A stretch of DNA of 64,000 bases from Yuukianura sp. NJ FZ-2021 (lineage: Eukaryota). The position numbers were made by a program, and so were the translations under genes. Numbering within the stretch: position 1 is the first letter of the stretch; the number at the start of each line of letters is the position of its first letter. The stretch spans positions 5,022,001 to 5,086,000 of the forward strand of contig CM102290.1 of the NCBI GenBank assembly GCA_046563655.1, written 5' to 3'. Below, piece by piece: positions 14,801-29,800 of the stretch. The notes below the pieces were generated by a model. The model did not search any database and was not told the origin of the DNA. It was given only the letters and a program-made list of their open reading frames with translations.

Positions 14801-17800
14801 TTGTTTGAAGTGTAAAATGGGAAAAATAAGTGAAAGTTTGAATGCTGACTTTTGTCCATACTTAGGGAGCATAAATGTCAATTGTTGAAACTTAATACTT
14901 CTGCTGGTGTGTCATCCGTAACAGGCTTGAATTTATTCTTAAGTTGCTTGCCGTAATGGTATTATGAAACCTCAGCGTCAAATGAATTTGTTACGGATGG
15001 TTGTTGTAGTGGTTAGGGTGACAGAAATAATGTTTGACATTCTCGTGTCCAATTATATGTCCGAAACTGGAACATCAATTCGTCTCGGGCTCACCCATCC
15101 TATTTTCTCTGGACATGATGCATCGTTTCTTGATTTACGACAATTTCACCAAAAGTCATATCCCAGGCCCTTCTTTTTTTTTTTTGCAAAGCCGTTTTAG
15201 TTAGGAATTTGGTGCAGTCGGAATATTAAGTGAAGGAGAAAGTTTAGACAGGGCATGTGAGAAGGAATGAGCTGTTGGAGACACTTTCCTCAGAAACCCT
15301 GGAACCGATTGAATTGTAATTTGTGTTCAACGTTGTTGGTTTCCTCTGATCCTGTTTCACTTTCACTTTTGCAAATGACAGGCCTCGGAAAAGTTGCTCA
15401 CTTTCACTTGGAGCCTCATGCTACATTGGTTTTCTCCCAAAATCCTCGGAATTGAGAATCCCCGAAATTTCGACAGCGACGGGAGTCTCTGTTAGCCCTG
15501 CCAAGGTTTTTTTTTTGAGCTGGTGTTTACTTTTCCACAGTCTACAAAAACCCATCCTGCCACTTCTGGCAAAATTTTTCCTTTGGCCTGTAGATTTCCA
15601 TTCCAATTCAATTTCAAATACTGCTACTGGGTCCAGAAAATGGAAAAAGTGGAGAAACCACTTAGAAATAGGCCTGTCGCTGCTTTTGGGAGTGAGGAAT
15701 CAACCCACTGGAAAATTGAACCTAATCTCTTCCTTTTCTGTTTCCTAACTTTTAACACAAGGAGTCAAACAATGGAGAAAGGCCGCTTTTAACTTTTAGA
15801 TCTTCTGGAATGTAAAGTGAAAGCAATACAGGATCTCGGTTCAGTTTCTTTCGCCTACGATCAAGTAATTTTGAATAAGAACTGCAAATGAACTTCACGC
15901 CTGCTTACATTTGGTTGGATTAGTTTGGTTTTATATGATATTTGGAAAGTCGGAGAGTTCTAAGAGTTAGGGGGACACAAAAATGCAACAATTTGCAGTA
16001 AATTTTCTGTTCCATTCGAATAGTAAGTGGATATTTTTCGAAACAGTTTAAAAGAGAGGGAAGATGCTAAAGATGAAAGTTGGTCGGAATGAACTTGAAC
16101 CTATTTACACCAGTCTTCTGGGAATTTGTATCAGACCCAAAACGTTGCAAGGACAAAGTAGTATGAAAAAAGAAAAGAGGACCCGGGAAGATTATCAGTT
16201 GACTGGATCCGAATTGAGTTTAAGTCTTTCTACCCATATAATCTGCAAGGGAAAGTCGCCTCATATCCTTTTCGACTTCATCTTAGTTCCCGGAAATCAA
16301 ATTGGGTGTGGGACGTTGTCTTTTCTCCAATTCGAAACACGACCTTTGTCTGTTCCTGTAGTAACTTCATCTCTGCTCCTCCTCATCCTACTATCGATCT
16401 TGATTAATGAATTGAACTTTGTGCTTCGTCACATCTTCTGGTCTCCTGGACTCAATGGCCCTCCTAAAAACTTTTATTTTCCCGGGAGAAAGTTATCTTC
16501 GTCCGATAGACCTTGGCCTCAGGAGCAAGTCCGTTGATATGAAGATATTCATCTTCGTAAAAGCAGCCTGCGTTATTTCTGCCTACCTCTTCCGAATTTG
16601 GTTTTTTCCTAATCATTTCAAGGGATCCGTTAGGTTGAGGACCATAAATAAAAATGCACGAGTCATTGATTAGATTCTTGGAGAGAAGGAGAGGGGAAAG
16701 TTGATGATGGAACATTTTGCAAAGTGGACGATTGGGAAGATTCAGCGAAGCGAAGCGAAAGCAAAAGGAGCCTCATTCGTAAGTTTAGTCTTGGAAGAAG
16801 ATATGTCATGCGGGGTGTCTAGGGGGACTTTTGTATGGAGGCTTTTGGAGGCACTCAAACCTTCTATGGCAAAGAGGCGCCTCTCGAGTGAACTCTCAGC
16901 GCCGACTGCGACACCAATAAAGTTCTCTCCCGCCCCAGCGATGCGATGGAACCAGGCTTCAGCGATCCTAATAAAAAAAAGAGTGGCCCTGGGTTCTTGG
17001 TTTTTGGATTCATAGCAGGGATGATGATGGTGAGGCGATTCACGTTGGGGTTCCTATGGAGGGAGAATGCCCGTTTCTTTTCCTTGCAGAATTCGTCTGG
17101 CTGATCTTGACGGCGGCAGAGTAAAGTTCGAAACTCGCTGGCTGGTTAGCAGGAGACTGCCGCTCGTTGCCGGGTAAAAGTCAGTGCGGCGTGTAATAGT
17201 AAGGAATGACTTGGTGGGGCGGGAAAGGGCGACTCTTCGTGTACCAAAAGTCGAAACGGCACAAAACTCCAACCATCCGCTACATAAATGACTTGTAATT
17301 CACTGAAATATCTGCACTTAATGATTTGGAAAATTTGGCACTAATAAATTCCTTCTTGCCCAACTCCAAGTTCGGGTGGTTGTGCCGAGGGCTCGTCCGT
17401 TGATGGAGCAGTTACACTACTGGAAACTTTTTCCACACCGTCTGCCTTTCCTTCCTCAGACGGACTTTCTCTATACAGTGCATGCCTTCGTTAGTTTGAA
17501 AACGTATAGAGAAAAGTTTAGATGGAAAATTTGAAGTTGGTGGTGCTGGGCTTAGCCATCCCAATTCGATTACTTCCCGTCCAGGACGTCACTTTCGCCC
17601 ATTTTACATCCGGAGAAAAGCGGACCGCTCACTGAGACAAACCTCAACTACAAGTTTCCCTCCGTCCAAGTCACTTCCTCAAATTGATTTCGTTCCTTCA
17701 TCACTCCATTTCCTCTACTGTCAGTTGAGAGGCAGCAGGATAGGCTCAATTAATGGTTTCACAGCCATAGAACTTTATAAACGAATCACCGTTTCCGCAT

Positions 17801-20800
17801 TACAACTTTCTTTTGACTTATTATCCCTCACTGGTCTTGAAAGACATTCAAATTTCCGACATTTAAATTTATCGAAAGCTAACTAAATATCTGGCCCGAT
17901 TTCGAATAGGGAGAAACAAAAATAGAATTACCTTTACGTAATAATAATACTAATGAATTTAACACACAAGCATAAAAAGTAGGCAACATTTTTTGTGTGA
18001 AAACCTTGGCAATGTAATAAATAGTATCCCCATCCAACCTAAGCGATTCGAGCGCTGGAGAAGTTGTTGTTCTGCACCATCAATTCCAGGTTCCTCAAAA
18101 TGGAACTTATTACTGGGAAAATGTGAAATGGGATGTTAGAAAGCGGCTGTAAATGTTGTAAGTAAGTGTTGCGGAATATGCAGAATAATAGGGTAATAGA
18201 ATGGGCTTCCCTTTCACTTGATCCGACTTTAACGTATTCCTCATATCTCCGTCATCCCTAACCTACACTTTTTCTTTTGGGCCTCGACTGGAGTAATATT
18301 TGAATGCGAATGGTGATTCACATCTCCTGCTTGTATTTGGGTAATAGGCGAATCACTTCTGAAACAGATTCCACTTGGAGATTAGACGGAAATGTCAAGT
18401 GACAGGGAATGGAGAAGGTTAGGCTAGGCAGCGCGTGGGGATATGTCATTTGGAGGGAACCAGAATAAGAGAGTGAAAATGAGTCAACTTTCACTTCGTG
18501 GTTCCCCACTCGGCACTTGGTGCCTCATCTTAATCAGCAAAATTAGCATTCCTGTTGTATAAAATTTAGTACTCAATCTGATTCAATTTCAAAAGGTTCG
18601 TCTTGCTAAAAGTATTGCCACCGATGATCTACAAAATCTCCATTGTCGTTGTCGACAAAAACAAATTTGTCCCAATTTCCTAAACTTTGTGAATCGTGAT
18701 CAAACGACTTACTTTTTCTGTGAACTCAATACACACAGGTTGTAAAAATGAAGATTTGTGTCCGCTTGTCGTCGAAGGAGAAAGTCCCAGTTGTGTTATT
18801 GTTAGTCTAGCATGAATTGATAATGGATTTGGCTATGTAACACCTTGGACCAAGAGACGATGGCTAGAATTAGTGCTGTCTAGCTACTCACCCTGGTTGG
18901 AAGAATGTGCGTTTCCCTGGGGAGAAAGTATGACCTTCTGGACAACCGTCCCTGGACAACATTATCGTTTATACCACTTACAGAAACTGAACAAGACGGG
19001 AAAAAGTCAGCCTATGTTACTCATTAAACTTCAATCACCGAATCACCCTAAACATACTTGGAGTTAAAACACTTTCACTGTCGAATTCATTCAAGGATTC
19101 ATCACCCGGAAAAAATTTTTTGTATTTGAGTGTAGATCAAGAACACCAAAAAAGTTTTTGAATGGCAGCACTAGAACTCTCATTTAAGTGTTCTGTTAAA
19201 GCAAACAATGTTTCCAGAAAGATTTTATGTAACCGACGATCTTCTGATGTAGATTTTTGTTTGAATATGAAAATTCGAATTTCTTTTGCTCTGTTCAGTT
19301 TATCGATGTTTCAACACACTTGCAAACTTTTTACGACAAAACAATTAAGAAAAAGTTCTATGCGAAACGTCTCTCATTCTCTCTCTTTCGTTAGTTGGCC
19401 AAATTGAAAAGAAAAATTCTCCGCTTAAAACGTCTCAAGTATTCCTAACGAGTTACAAAATTTTGAGGAAAAAAAACTCTGGTTCAATGGATTAAAATTT
19501 TTGATCTCAAAGTCGCAATGGGAGTTTGAATTACTAATTGCAAACGTCGTGACTAGCCTTACATTTATCTAGTTTGTTTGCTGCTTGCTTGCTATTTCTT
19601 CCAAAATGTTGTGATGGTATGGTTCACTTCGAGTTTTATGCAGAGGCGTTCTTGTGGCGAGGAATGATCCGACGTTGAAACAGGGGAAGCTGTTTGGCTA
19701 AATAGCGTCAAACGAGCGGTTGAATTTAAAAGTTTGAAATGTCAGTTAGGGCAGCCCTTTTCATGTGCTCCTGGAAATTAGTTTCTAGAACGTGGCGGCA
19801 TAGATTAAAAGGTTCGTGAATGAAACCTAGGGCCCTAATCTGTTTAAACTCAAAATTGGAAAGCAGCAGAGACCAAGGAAGGAAGTGGATGTGTGGAGGA
19901 GGGAGATGAGAGTGCCATTTTCTGGAAGATCGCTAAGGCTATTAGATCCTAATGATTTTGCATATAGATCGTGTGGTGGTAAGAGTACATATTCATCAGG
20001 AGAAAGTCGTCAGACTTTAAACCAAGCACTCAGCAAACAGCACTGAAATAACCTTCCCGTTTTAGAGTTTCCGAGACGGAGGGATAGGCGGGAGCTGAAG
20101 CATTTTTTGAGCACTAACATGCATTGGGAGGGTCACTACTTTGAAGGTACCCGGGTCAAATTGAATTAAAAAGATATATGTATGTATGTTAGTAGGATTA
20201 GGCAGAGTAAGAGCTGGATGGAACCCCACGCTCCACTTTCACCGCTTTCACTTCACTATGAAATATTCCAGGTAAAATTATTCCTCCTAATGGAGTTTTT
20301 CTGGCAGACGTGGCCGCTCTATAATTTAATTCGATTGAATATGTTTATAAATGGAAAAAAATAATTAGGTTGGAATAAGCTTAGGTGCTAGTCTCTCTTA
20401 GTTTTTCTCAGTTTTTATTTTTATCCTTTTCCCTCCGAACTGTAATTATTAAGAGCACTTCTTCACTTTATCATTATGTTTGTGCCGCAAGAGAAAGTAT
20501 GGGGATCATGCAATTTCCATGTTTCAAAGTCATAACCACATGCACGCATAAAAAAAATGGCAACGAAAGTGAAAGTCGTTTTTAAGCTTGAAGAGGTTAC
20601 TTGTCAATGAGTAGACCAATTTAGCTCCAATTTGATAAAAAAAAAACATCAAAAAACATAATTATACAGTTGTAAACAATTATGAAACTGTCAGAGGCGG
20701 GTGTTCGGAGTAGAACTTAAGTGAATTTTAGGCCAAATAAAGGTAGCGCTTGATGTTTATGTAGTTACATTGAAAAATTGGACGCTTTGATTATAATTTT

Positions 20801-23800
20801 TGTATATTATTTCCCTAACACCTAGAATCTGGAAGACAATTTCCGAGTTTAGATGAGGCAGAAACAGAATCAATAGAACGAGATGGTGGGGCAGATTAGG
20901 AGTTACCGCAAACACTCGATACTATACTTTCACCTCACCTGAGAAAATTTTAATCAAGATCTACACGAACGTAGGTGCAGAGGGTAGGATTGGAACAAGG
21001 AAAAATACTATGACTAATTAAACAATGGGTGACAACAGGGAGTGTGACACAGGACACCACGACCTTTAAATTTTTTAGTTCCATTATCCTAGAGCAAACA
21101 AAACGGAAACAAACAACACCCCTTCCTACAAACATATCGTGGAAAGTAAAGGTCGCGGTTGTGTCAACTTCGGGAAAGTCGTGTTTTCTTTGACACTTTA
21201 TAACATATCCATCTCGTAGCACTATGCTGTTCAAAATTATGTTAAATTTCAGTTAACTAACTTTGAGGAAACAACATAAAGTCTCTTATGAGCACATATC
21301 TACACTATTGCATCCCTAATTTCATAAACAAAATATTTTTAAATGATGGAAGTTGTTTCGACTTAGATTTCCAAATCTTCGTCTACGGAGAATGCTACGT
21401 GTCCAAGAACATTCTATTGAATTGCATCCGTTTTGTAGCGAATACCCAGACGTTTATAGGACTTCCAACTAAAGAGTCCTACCCTACCAGAGGCCATCGG
21501 ATCGGGGAGCATTTTGGCTTTCGTTAGCGCTCTTTGGACATCACAGAGACACGAAGCGGGTAAAAATACCAACTCCGTTCTTATCACCCTCAAGCTTTCT
21601 CCTATTGCGCTGCTTCTGGTAGCTGATTACTTTCATCTTGCAAGGTTGCTACTGTTGAGTTCATAATTGCAGTAATAATGATACTACGTAACGCAATTAC
21701 ACGTTTTCGCGTATCATAATGGATTTAGTAAGTTCTACTTCGGCTGATCCTCCATTAGGTAATCAAAGGCCTTGTAATTCTCGGTCTCACTGTTTACTAT
21801 CTGCTGGTTCGCGTTGACATTGCTCAAGTCGAATTCGGGGAAAAACTTAATCATTTTGAGTTGGAGGGGACTTTTAGGGAATAAATCTTCTGAATTACTG
21901 AAGACAGTGATTGCCATTGGGAATGGTTTCCACCTTAGTTTGGAATGTTTCACGTACCTTTTGTTTTATGTGAAGAGGGTACCGGGATATAAATGTGGTG
22001 GACATTCTTATGTAAGGTCTACCTGAATACGAACAAAGAAATGTTGAATATTTGTAAAGACGAGAAATGACGGTGTTTTGGAGGTGGATATTGTTTTTGG
22101 CTTCAATAGTGACCAAGTTGGAAGTGGAAGGGACGGTGTCCTGCTGTGAGTCAAGCGTCGCATTGGGAACTTGAAGGGGTAGAGGCAGTAAAGTTCAAGT
22201 GCAGGGGAGCCCTTAGAGGTATTAGGTGACATGATCCCAGAGAGGAGAGAAGACAAAAGAAAGGGACAATGGTTATTGACGCTAAGATGATGAGAAGTGA
22301 AATGAGATTTTTGGGAACAAAATTACGCTCGTCATGTCCACGAATTCTCACATTGTCCGTCCTCTACTTGAATTATTTGTCTTCCACAGCGTAAGTTGAG
22401 GTCCCACCTAACCTAACATCGCATCCAGCCTCCTTTATCTCTTCTCATTATCTTGCCCCCGCTGTCTCCCATCTTCTAGATCCTCAATCATCCGCTTCAT
22501 GACTTTGACCTGCCGGTCAACTCTCCCTCCGTTGGTCCTTAACCTCTAAAACCAAGTTGTCACTATTTTTTCTTTACGAAACAACCTCAATGTCACTCAA
22601 GCGACACTCGAGAGTTCATCACTTTGTTCTCCTCTTCAAAAATTCCAAATTGTTGCACATTCACTTTCGAAAATGTTCGTCGGTTGTAAAAGTTTTTTAT
22701 TTTATTTTACGATATAATGTCAAAAGAGAACCACTAACGTTTTCTTCGGTTTTAAATGGCATTTAAAATCGTCGTTAGACTGGTCAGTTTTGTTTGTGTA
22801 GACGGTCTTCCATGCAGACAAGGTTATGGAAAGGGAGTTTTTAGTTTTCAATAATTTTTGATACTGTCAGTTTACTGAGGGTTTAATGAGTTCATTTATG
22901 ACGTTCTAAAGTGGCTGTAAGGTGTTTCATCCGAGGGTTTTTGGTTTAAAACATTGTTTGTTTTCCACCAGAAATTATGCCCGTTTGAAGAAGTGGAAGC
23001 CCATAATTCTCTTTTAGAGCAAGGCTTTTTAAAAATGAAAACTTTGATGTTAGTTACCTATTTGAAAAGTTGTTTTTTTTTTACAAAGTGAAATAATTTA
23101 AAGGTTAAAAGGATGTTGTCCAGTAAGTGTTTGGGAGTTAAGTTTCCTGAATTTATGTCTGTGAGTTTTCAGGTTTAGATGGACACATTTATTTTCTTGA
23201 ACATTTTTTAATGGTTCGTTCTTCCCTTCTTTCTGGTCCACACAAGAGTTATTTCAGCGATTCTGTTTATGTTAAAAAAATTTTTTTTGAGGCTCAGAAA
23301 TTGCTGTGTTGAGACCAAGTTTATTTACTAAATGTTATGTACTAAATTTTTCGAAGTTGTGAATTAGCGTACTGTTTAATAAATTCTTGTATTCAATAAA
23401 TTTTCATCTTGTCAAATTGCAAGAGTGACAGTGATAATGCCAAACAAAAATTTAAAGCTTTTATAAATGTTATAATTTCCGATTCTTCGAATTCGGAAAT
23501 GGTTGGACCAAAATGGCGGAAAATAGATTACCGAAGTGATATTGATTCCCGTATTTCGCACTTTAGTGCTTTTTCTACTACGTATTTAGCTTAGATTGAC
23601 TTAACGTTATGTACAAGAGCTTACAATATTGGAAAGGTTTTCACTCCATTGTTTGAACAATGAGAGAAAGGTTTTGAAAAAAGAGAAAAGCGATGTTGTC
23701 CTGTATATGATCGTGATGAGGAGTGAAGAATAGGACAGAACCCGCCTCCAAGGGATACTGCCATATCCTATACAGACCTACTGAAGAAGATTCCAGCTGA

Positions 23801-26800
23801 CAAAAGATCCAGGGCCCTTAGACCTTCTCTCCGCCTCCTGCCTCTGTCTCCGGAAGATGAGCCACAGCACAAAAGATCTGGATCAGACAATGCTAGGGAA
23901 TTCAATTTCTCGGCCTCAAACGGCTTCTTTTCAATCTCAGCTCCATCCTGCCATTCATCTCTCCAGAATCTCTGGAATTGAAATTCACATCCATTCAAGC
24001 AACGCTCTGCCCTGCCATTATTCTCACCTCGACCTGTCGTATCCAGTGCCGGAGGATGTCTAGTCTGCAAAAGGAAATCAACTCCCTCAGCATTCAGAAT
24101 GAAGGAAGCCACTTGAAACGTACTCCGCATGACTAAAGCTTCCTTCCATTGATCAATGAGCATGGAAGTTTTTTCGCGTGGTAAATTTCGAAAATATCAG
24201 CTCCAAAATCAACACCTTCCTGTGTTCCTTTTCGAGGGGAATTCACACGCCTGATGTTGTTTCTACTTGTTTTAAAACAAGTTATTTTCACGAATTCCTC
24301 CACATCTTTTTGACATTCTTGGATATTGTATTGTTGTTGGTTCAAATGATTCACTGGCCAGGGCAGAGAGTTGCTCAAGATCTAAATTCTGTTTGATTTG
24401 GCTTGCCATCTGTTTGCGATTTTACAATGGTTTTGTTGCAGAAGCTGGAAGAAAGTAGTCTCAATGAAGAAATCGGGCTCAGATTTGGTGGATTGGAATT
24501 TCGGGAGAGAACTTGCAATATTAGTTATTCAGTGAAGCATGTATTGGAAGTTTTTTTTATTTGGATTGCTCTGCCGTCGGGCCCTTTGTCTTGGTAGAAA
24601 GAACATATAGCACAGTCCCCCGGGGTACGAAAAACGCCTTTTTTTTTATATTTTACAGAAGAATTCATTGGCTGAACTTTAGATCATGTCTAGACCAAAT
24701 CTAAATTTACTTAATGATTTCTATGTCACAGTCAGAGGTCAGGGGTCATGGGCACATGAGATCGCTTCGTACAAAAGAAATCTCTTAGGTCTGTTTTCTG
24801 GGATTCGAGGTCGTTTGTGACGTAGTAGCTTAGCTGAAAAGTTTGAGACTTTGACGTCGACATACTCCACGTCGAGTTGTATATTTTGAAAGTTGAAAGC
24901 AAGTGAAGTGAAACTTGGCTTTCACCAAATACAACAAAGTTTTAGTTTTTTAAACGTAAACTTCAGTTTCATCGTAGAGGTTACACGACAAAACCTGTCA
25001 ACTTGTTCAAAGTATCATTCAATTTATTCTTATAAATAATGGATGTCAGTGGAGCGCCAACTTTCTCCAGTAAATCTGATGGATGTCAAAGTTTTAGCAT
25101 TTCACAGTTCTCTCCTTTGCGACCATCTCATGCATGAGCGAACTTTCTAACTTTTATCCATTTATCCAAACAAGTTGGAATTTTTAAGTTTAGTCAAACT
25201 TACTTTGTAATTTTGTTTTTGGAACTAAAAATGTATTGGTGCTAATAAGATGGGTTATTTAAAAGGAACAAGAAATTTTTGCTAATGGACAATTTCTGTT
25301 GACCTGGACAGGGATAAATCTGTGTAGTGACGACAGAGATCATGAGTGATGGAAAGATCTCCCGCGAAGGACCAAATTAAAGGCCATGGGCAGATAAGGG
25401 CATAATAATGGTGACGTTGCTTTTGTTTTTTAGGAGGCCGCTACTAGTTGACTGACTACTTTTACGTTGAAAAAGTTGTTCATTTATCACTTTCAAATTA
25501 TTCGGAACTCAGTTTGGACGGTTGTTTTGGTTAAGGAGATTGAAGTAGCTGGGTGGGATTGAATGTGAGGATTAGGATAAGGTGTCCCCTTAAGTGGTGG
25601 CGTACACCTTGAAAAAAACATTTGTTTTCGGGGACACAGAGGGTAAAAGTGTCAGTTTCCACATCAGTGGAAGTGGCATGATCAAGGTATAAGTTGGGAG
25701 TGGACACTTTAAGTGCTCTAATGGGATCGGAGACAGCGGTGCTACTGGGTCACTTAAAGACCTCTCCTTCTAATTGTTCCTTCGTACAGGAGCCCTTGGT
25801 CCGCTTTGTTTCTGGATGGATCTGAGGGAGCTTATCCTTATCCGTTCGCCCATTGTCAAACTGTACTTCTCATAACTACCGGCTCCGCTTATTAACCTAA
25901 CCAAGGCCTTCCCTTTTGTTCTTGGCAAAACACAAGAGGCCATTAGGAACATTCGGAGTGCGACTTGGAAGTGTTGCTTTTCTTTTTCAAATCCTATGAC
26001 CCTCTTCTGCTGGACCACACGCAACCAAACTCTCAATTTCAAAATTTCACTAGGTTCAAACAACTCTATGTCTCAATTCCCTTTCGTATGTTGCCGCTTT
26101 ACCGCATGCAGTGATAGCACCACCGTCAACAAGTTTCATTTTGAAGTAATTCCTTTGGAAAACAAAGAATTCCAACTTTCACTTTTTGTAAAATTTTCAT
26201 TTTTCAAATGCAGTTACTCTATGTTCAGTTCCCTAGAAAATTATTGTCTTGCTATGTCCTGCTTTTATGGATTTATGTTAGGAGCGCCTTCATTCACTTT
26301 CAAGTTCTACTCTTTGTAATCACTGCATAAGGATGATTAGTAGAATCTGGGTAAAATTGGTAGAATTTGATGACACAATTTAGTTTTGAGAAATGATGAT
26401 GTAAATTGGTTGAGTCGAAAGACTATACGTTGAGATGTCCAGGGATATTTAGATATTTTGATGGTGTGACAGTGCTGAAGCATAGCTTGATGCACTGCTG
26501 CAGAATGGTGATGAAGATGTTTTGTGTTCCATTGTTTATTGATGATAGAGATTGAGAGGCTAAAGATGCGAGTATTGGGCAGGGTATGACTGATTACTAT
26601 TCCGTGGGAGTTGACAGGGATGCCATAAGAAGTGTCTCCGTGTCAGGACATGCAGGGAATGTCACTTCGCTACTTGTGCTTTACATCTTTGTTTCCCATT
26701 GTCTTTGGTCAAGTGGATTCAAGATAAATGACCAGGAATGTCAAGCATCGCTCGCCGTATTTCTCTTCTGGGAAGGTGGAAGGATGAAGATGACTCTTCT

Positions 26801-29800
26801 TTTTAGAGTTGGTTCGTACAGGCGACTATTTATTTTTAAAAGCCATTGTATGCTAATCTGTCGATGAGAAGGTGATTGAGACCCCGTCATTTCTGGAATC
26901 CGAATCCAAGGAGACCCTGTTCGTTACTTTCAAGTTTCTAAAATGCTACTGACTTGGACAATGGACTTCTTCAGTAGCCATACGGGACGAACTGTTTGGT
27001 TTCCATTTATTGCATCTTGTAAGTCCTGCATAGTTGCTACTGTAAATAGTATAATAATTGAGTCTTTACTCTAAAGGTAATGTATAAAGTGACACGGGAA
27101 TTAATTCATGTCAATCTGAACAATACATCTCTGGTGCTCTGTGAATTAAAATTCAGGGCAGTAGACCACTGACGCTAATTAATAAAAGACGTTCGTTTTT
27201 GTAAACAAATGGCTAACCATAATTTACCCTGATTACCATTGCGAAATATGTAAATTTCGATTTAAGTATAAAGTATCTGTGGAGGAGAAATTAAAAATTT
27301 GTACACATTTATGATTTTTCGAACTCTGGAAACTTCAGCTTTCCAAGGAAAAAAAAATTGCGTGAAGCCGCTTATAATGGGGCATTTGCAGTTCAAATTG
27401 TTGGGATTTTGGAAAGCACAGAGGAAAAAGTTGTGTGAGGGGCGAAGTCGAACGCATCTCACTCGGCCGCCATCTCGTAACACTTCTTGCAACCCACAAC
27501 TCTTTGCATAAAAATAACCAACTTTCGCTTTCTTTTCAACTGAAAAATTAAAATTGGAAAAGGAAGTTCCTCGTTTTTAAAGATAAGTATTTATTTTTAC
27601 AAATTAGTCAACATTTTTTTTTACATAAAAGAAAGAATGTTGTGGGATATCATGGAGAACCCGGTTAAAATGAGAGCTGCAGGCAGATGTGAGTGATACT
27701 TTCTCGTATATTCAAAATTTGAAACTACAGAAAATATGATTTGGATTTTAAGTTCAGCTGCATGTTGGGGAGAAGTATTACGGAAGGATGATTTTCGTTT
27801 GTAAAATTATGAATGTGATGAAGAGGGAGGCGGGGGAAACGGAGTCTCTGCTGCAGTTTCATTTTTTGTCTTGACGTAATTCGGATAATACTAATGAAAA
27901 GAGCTGTCAGAAACTGGGAAGGGGGGACTTGAAGGGATCTCTAGAGATTTCATTGTAAGGAGGAAGAGCCGCCGCCTGGGCTTTACCCTTAGTCCAATTG
28001 AAAGGAATCTATCTCATTGTTAGACTTGATAGGATTTTGTGTTGGCCTTACCCCCGCATGACTAGCTTCGTCTTTCTCTTCAAATTGTCTATAAGAAAAA
28101 ATAATCTGCTCATCATCAGTTTCATCTGCTTCGGTTACCTAACGTTCTACACTATCCTTGGACCCGTAGATGCTGTTGGGGAAGTTGTGAGGGATCGATG
28201 ATTCAGTTCAATAATCTATTTAGATTCTTTTAGTTTTCCAAATCTCTTTGGCTTGACTGGTAGCTTAAGGTTTTATCTCTCCGCTTGGTCATCGTCAGCA
28301 ACTTGAAAGTCGAATAAGGACAAACTCGCTGTTCTTTTGTGGATTTTCAGTGCTGCTAGCATACAGAATTTGTCGTAAGTTTTAAAAATTGAAAGTTAAA
28401 AATGTAGACTTGGTTCATTTGAATTTTTTGTGAAAGTGATTGGAGTGAGGATGATTTGAAATAGTAGAGGGAATTGGGGCGTTGATGTGGATCTGTGGTC
28501 CCAGTGGAGGTTGAAAGGAGCTGGTGAGTCATTTGGGATTGGAAGTAGATGGTAGGATTTTGTTGAATATTTTACAAGTTTTCCCCAGTGGATGGTTGTG
28601 GAGAAAGTGGATAGACAAAAGGGAAAGTTGGTGTGAGGCTGTGTAGTTTATTTGCTCAGGAACTTTGCTCACTCCGCCTGGCGAGTACAGGGAGGGAGAG
28701 TGCTGGGAGGCTGAATGATGGCGTTGAATCAATAGGGGTGCCGGGCGTCGTGGACTGCACATAAGGGCGTGAGGTTGGAGGCGTCTGTGGTGTCCGGGTC
28801 ATCCATTGGCTCTTCGCACCCTCACTTCAACCCGAAAAACCCGGATCCATGGCGGGCATCGCTCCAAGCTCCATGCGCTCCAGTCTCCAGCATATCATGC
28901 TTTCTCTCCAATTCCCAAGCTTTGTCACTCCCAACATCTCTCTCATCCACTTCCACTTCCTTCCATCTCCGCTCCGGGCCTTTTGCAGATGAAAAGACCA
29001 GCTGAAACTCCAAAATATGAGCAATTCTTGTTTGTTTTATGCCGGGCATCTTCCTTTGGAAGAAATCCAGAGGTGATTTCAAAAGAAGAAATCCGATAAC
29101 TTTCCTTTCACATTGCTATTGACTTTTGTCGGAGAAAGTTCCGCCCAATTTTAGTTATTGACTTATTCATTGGTATTACCTGAAATTGCTAAAGCTGCAG
29201 ACGCACCTATAATTGATAAAATATCAGGATTGTGTCTAGGATCGTAAGGCATTTCGTTGCAGATAATTTGCACCGCATTGTCAAAATCAGAATCAAAAAG
29301 TCGTCGAATAGATCGATAAATCAGTCTTGATACTATCACCTCATGACCAGAGAATTTACCTTCCTTTTTTATGAAGCCAATTGCTTAAGTTAACAAAATA
29401 TCGGTTCACAGAAGAATTACTTACTTCTAAAAGGAAAAGAAACTAAAGTTTAATTTTAGGAAATCTATAAGCATAATTACATAATAAGGTATCCAATACA
29501 AAAAGGGAAACCAAAACAATGTGATATTTTGAACAGTATTTTTTTTTTTGATTCTTGTAAACTTTGCTTTCGATTTTCCATCTTAAATTCATACACGGTT
29601 TGTAAAGCTTTGGAATCAGTTTCTACGATTAATGCGACGCCTGAGTCTCATATTTATAGGTTGTTTATGATGTTGCAATTCTTACAAATAATATTGAGAA
29701 AAATATGCTGAGAGTTATGAAGCAATTGCGTCATCATATTTTATTGAAGAAGGTTAAAGTATAATGTTATTTAACTAATTGAAGAAGAAGTGTTTTGGAG

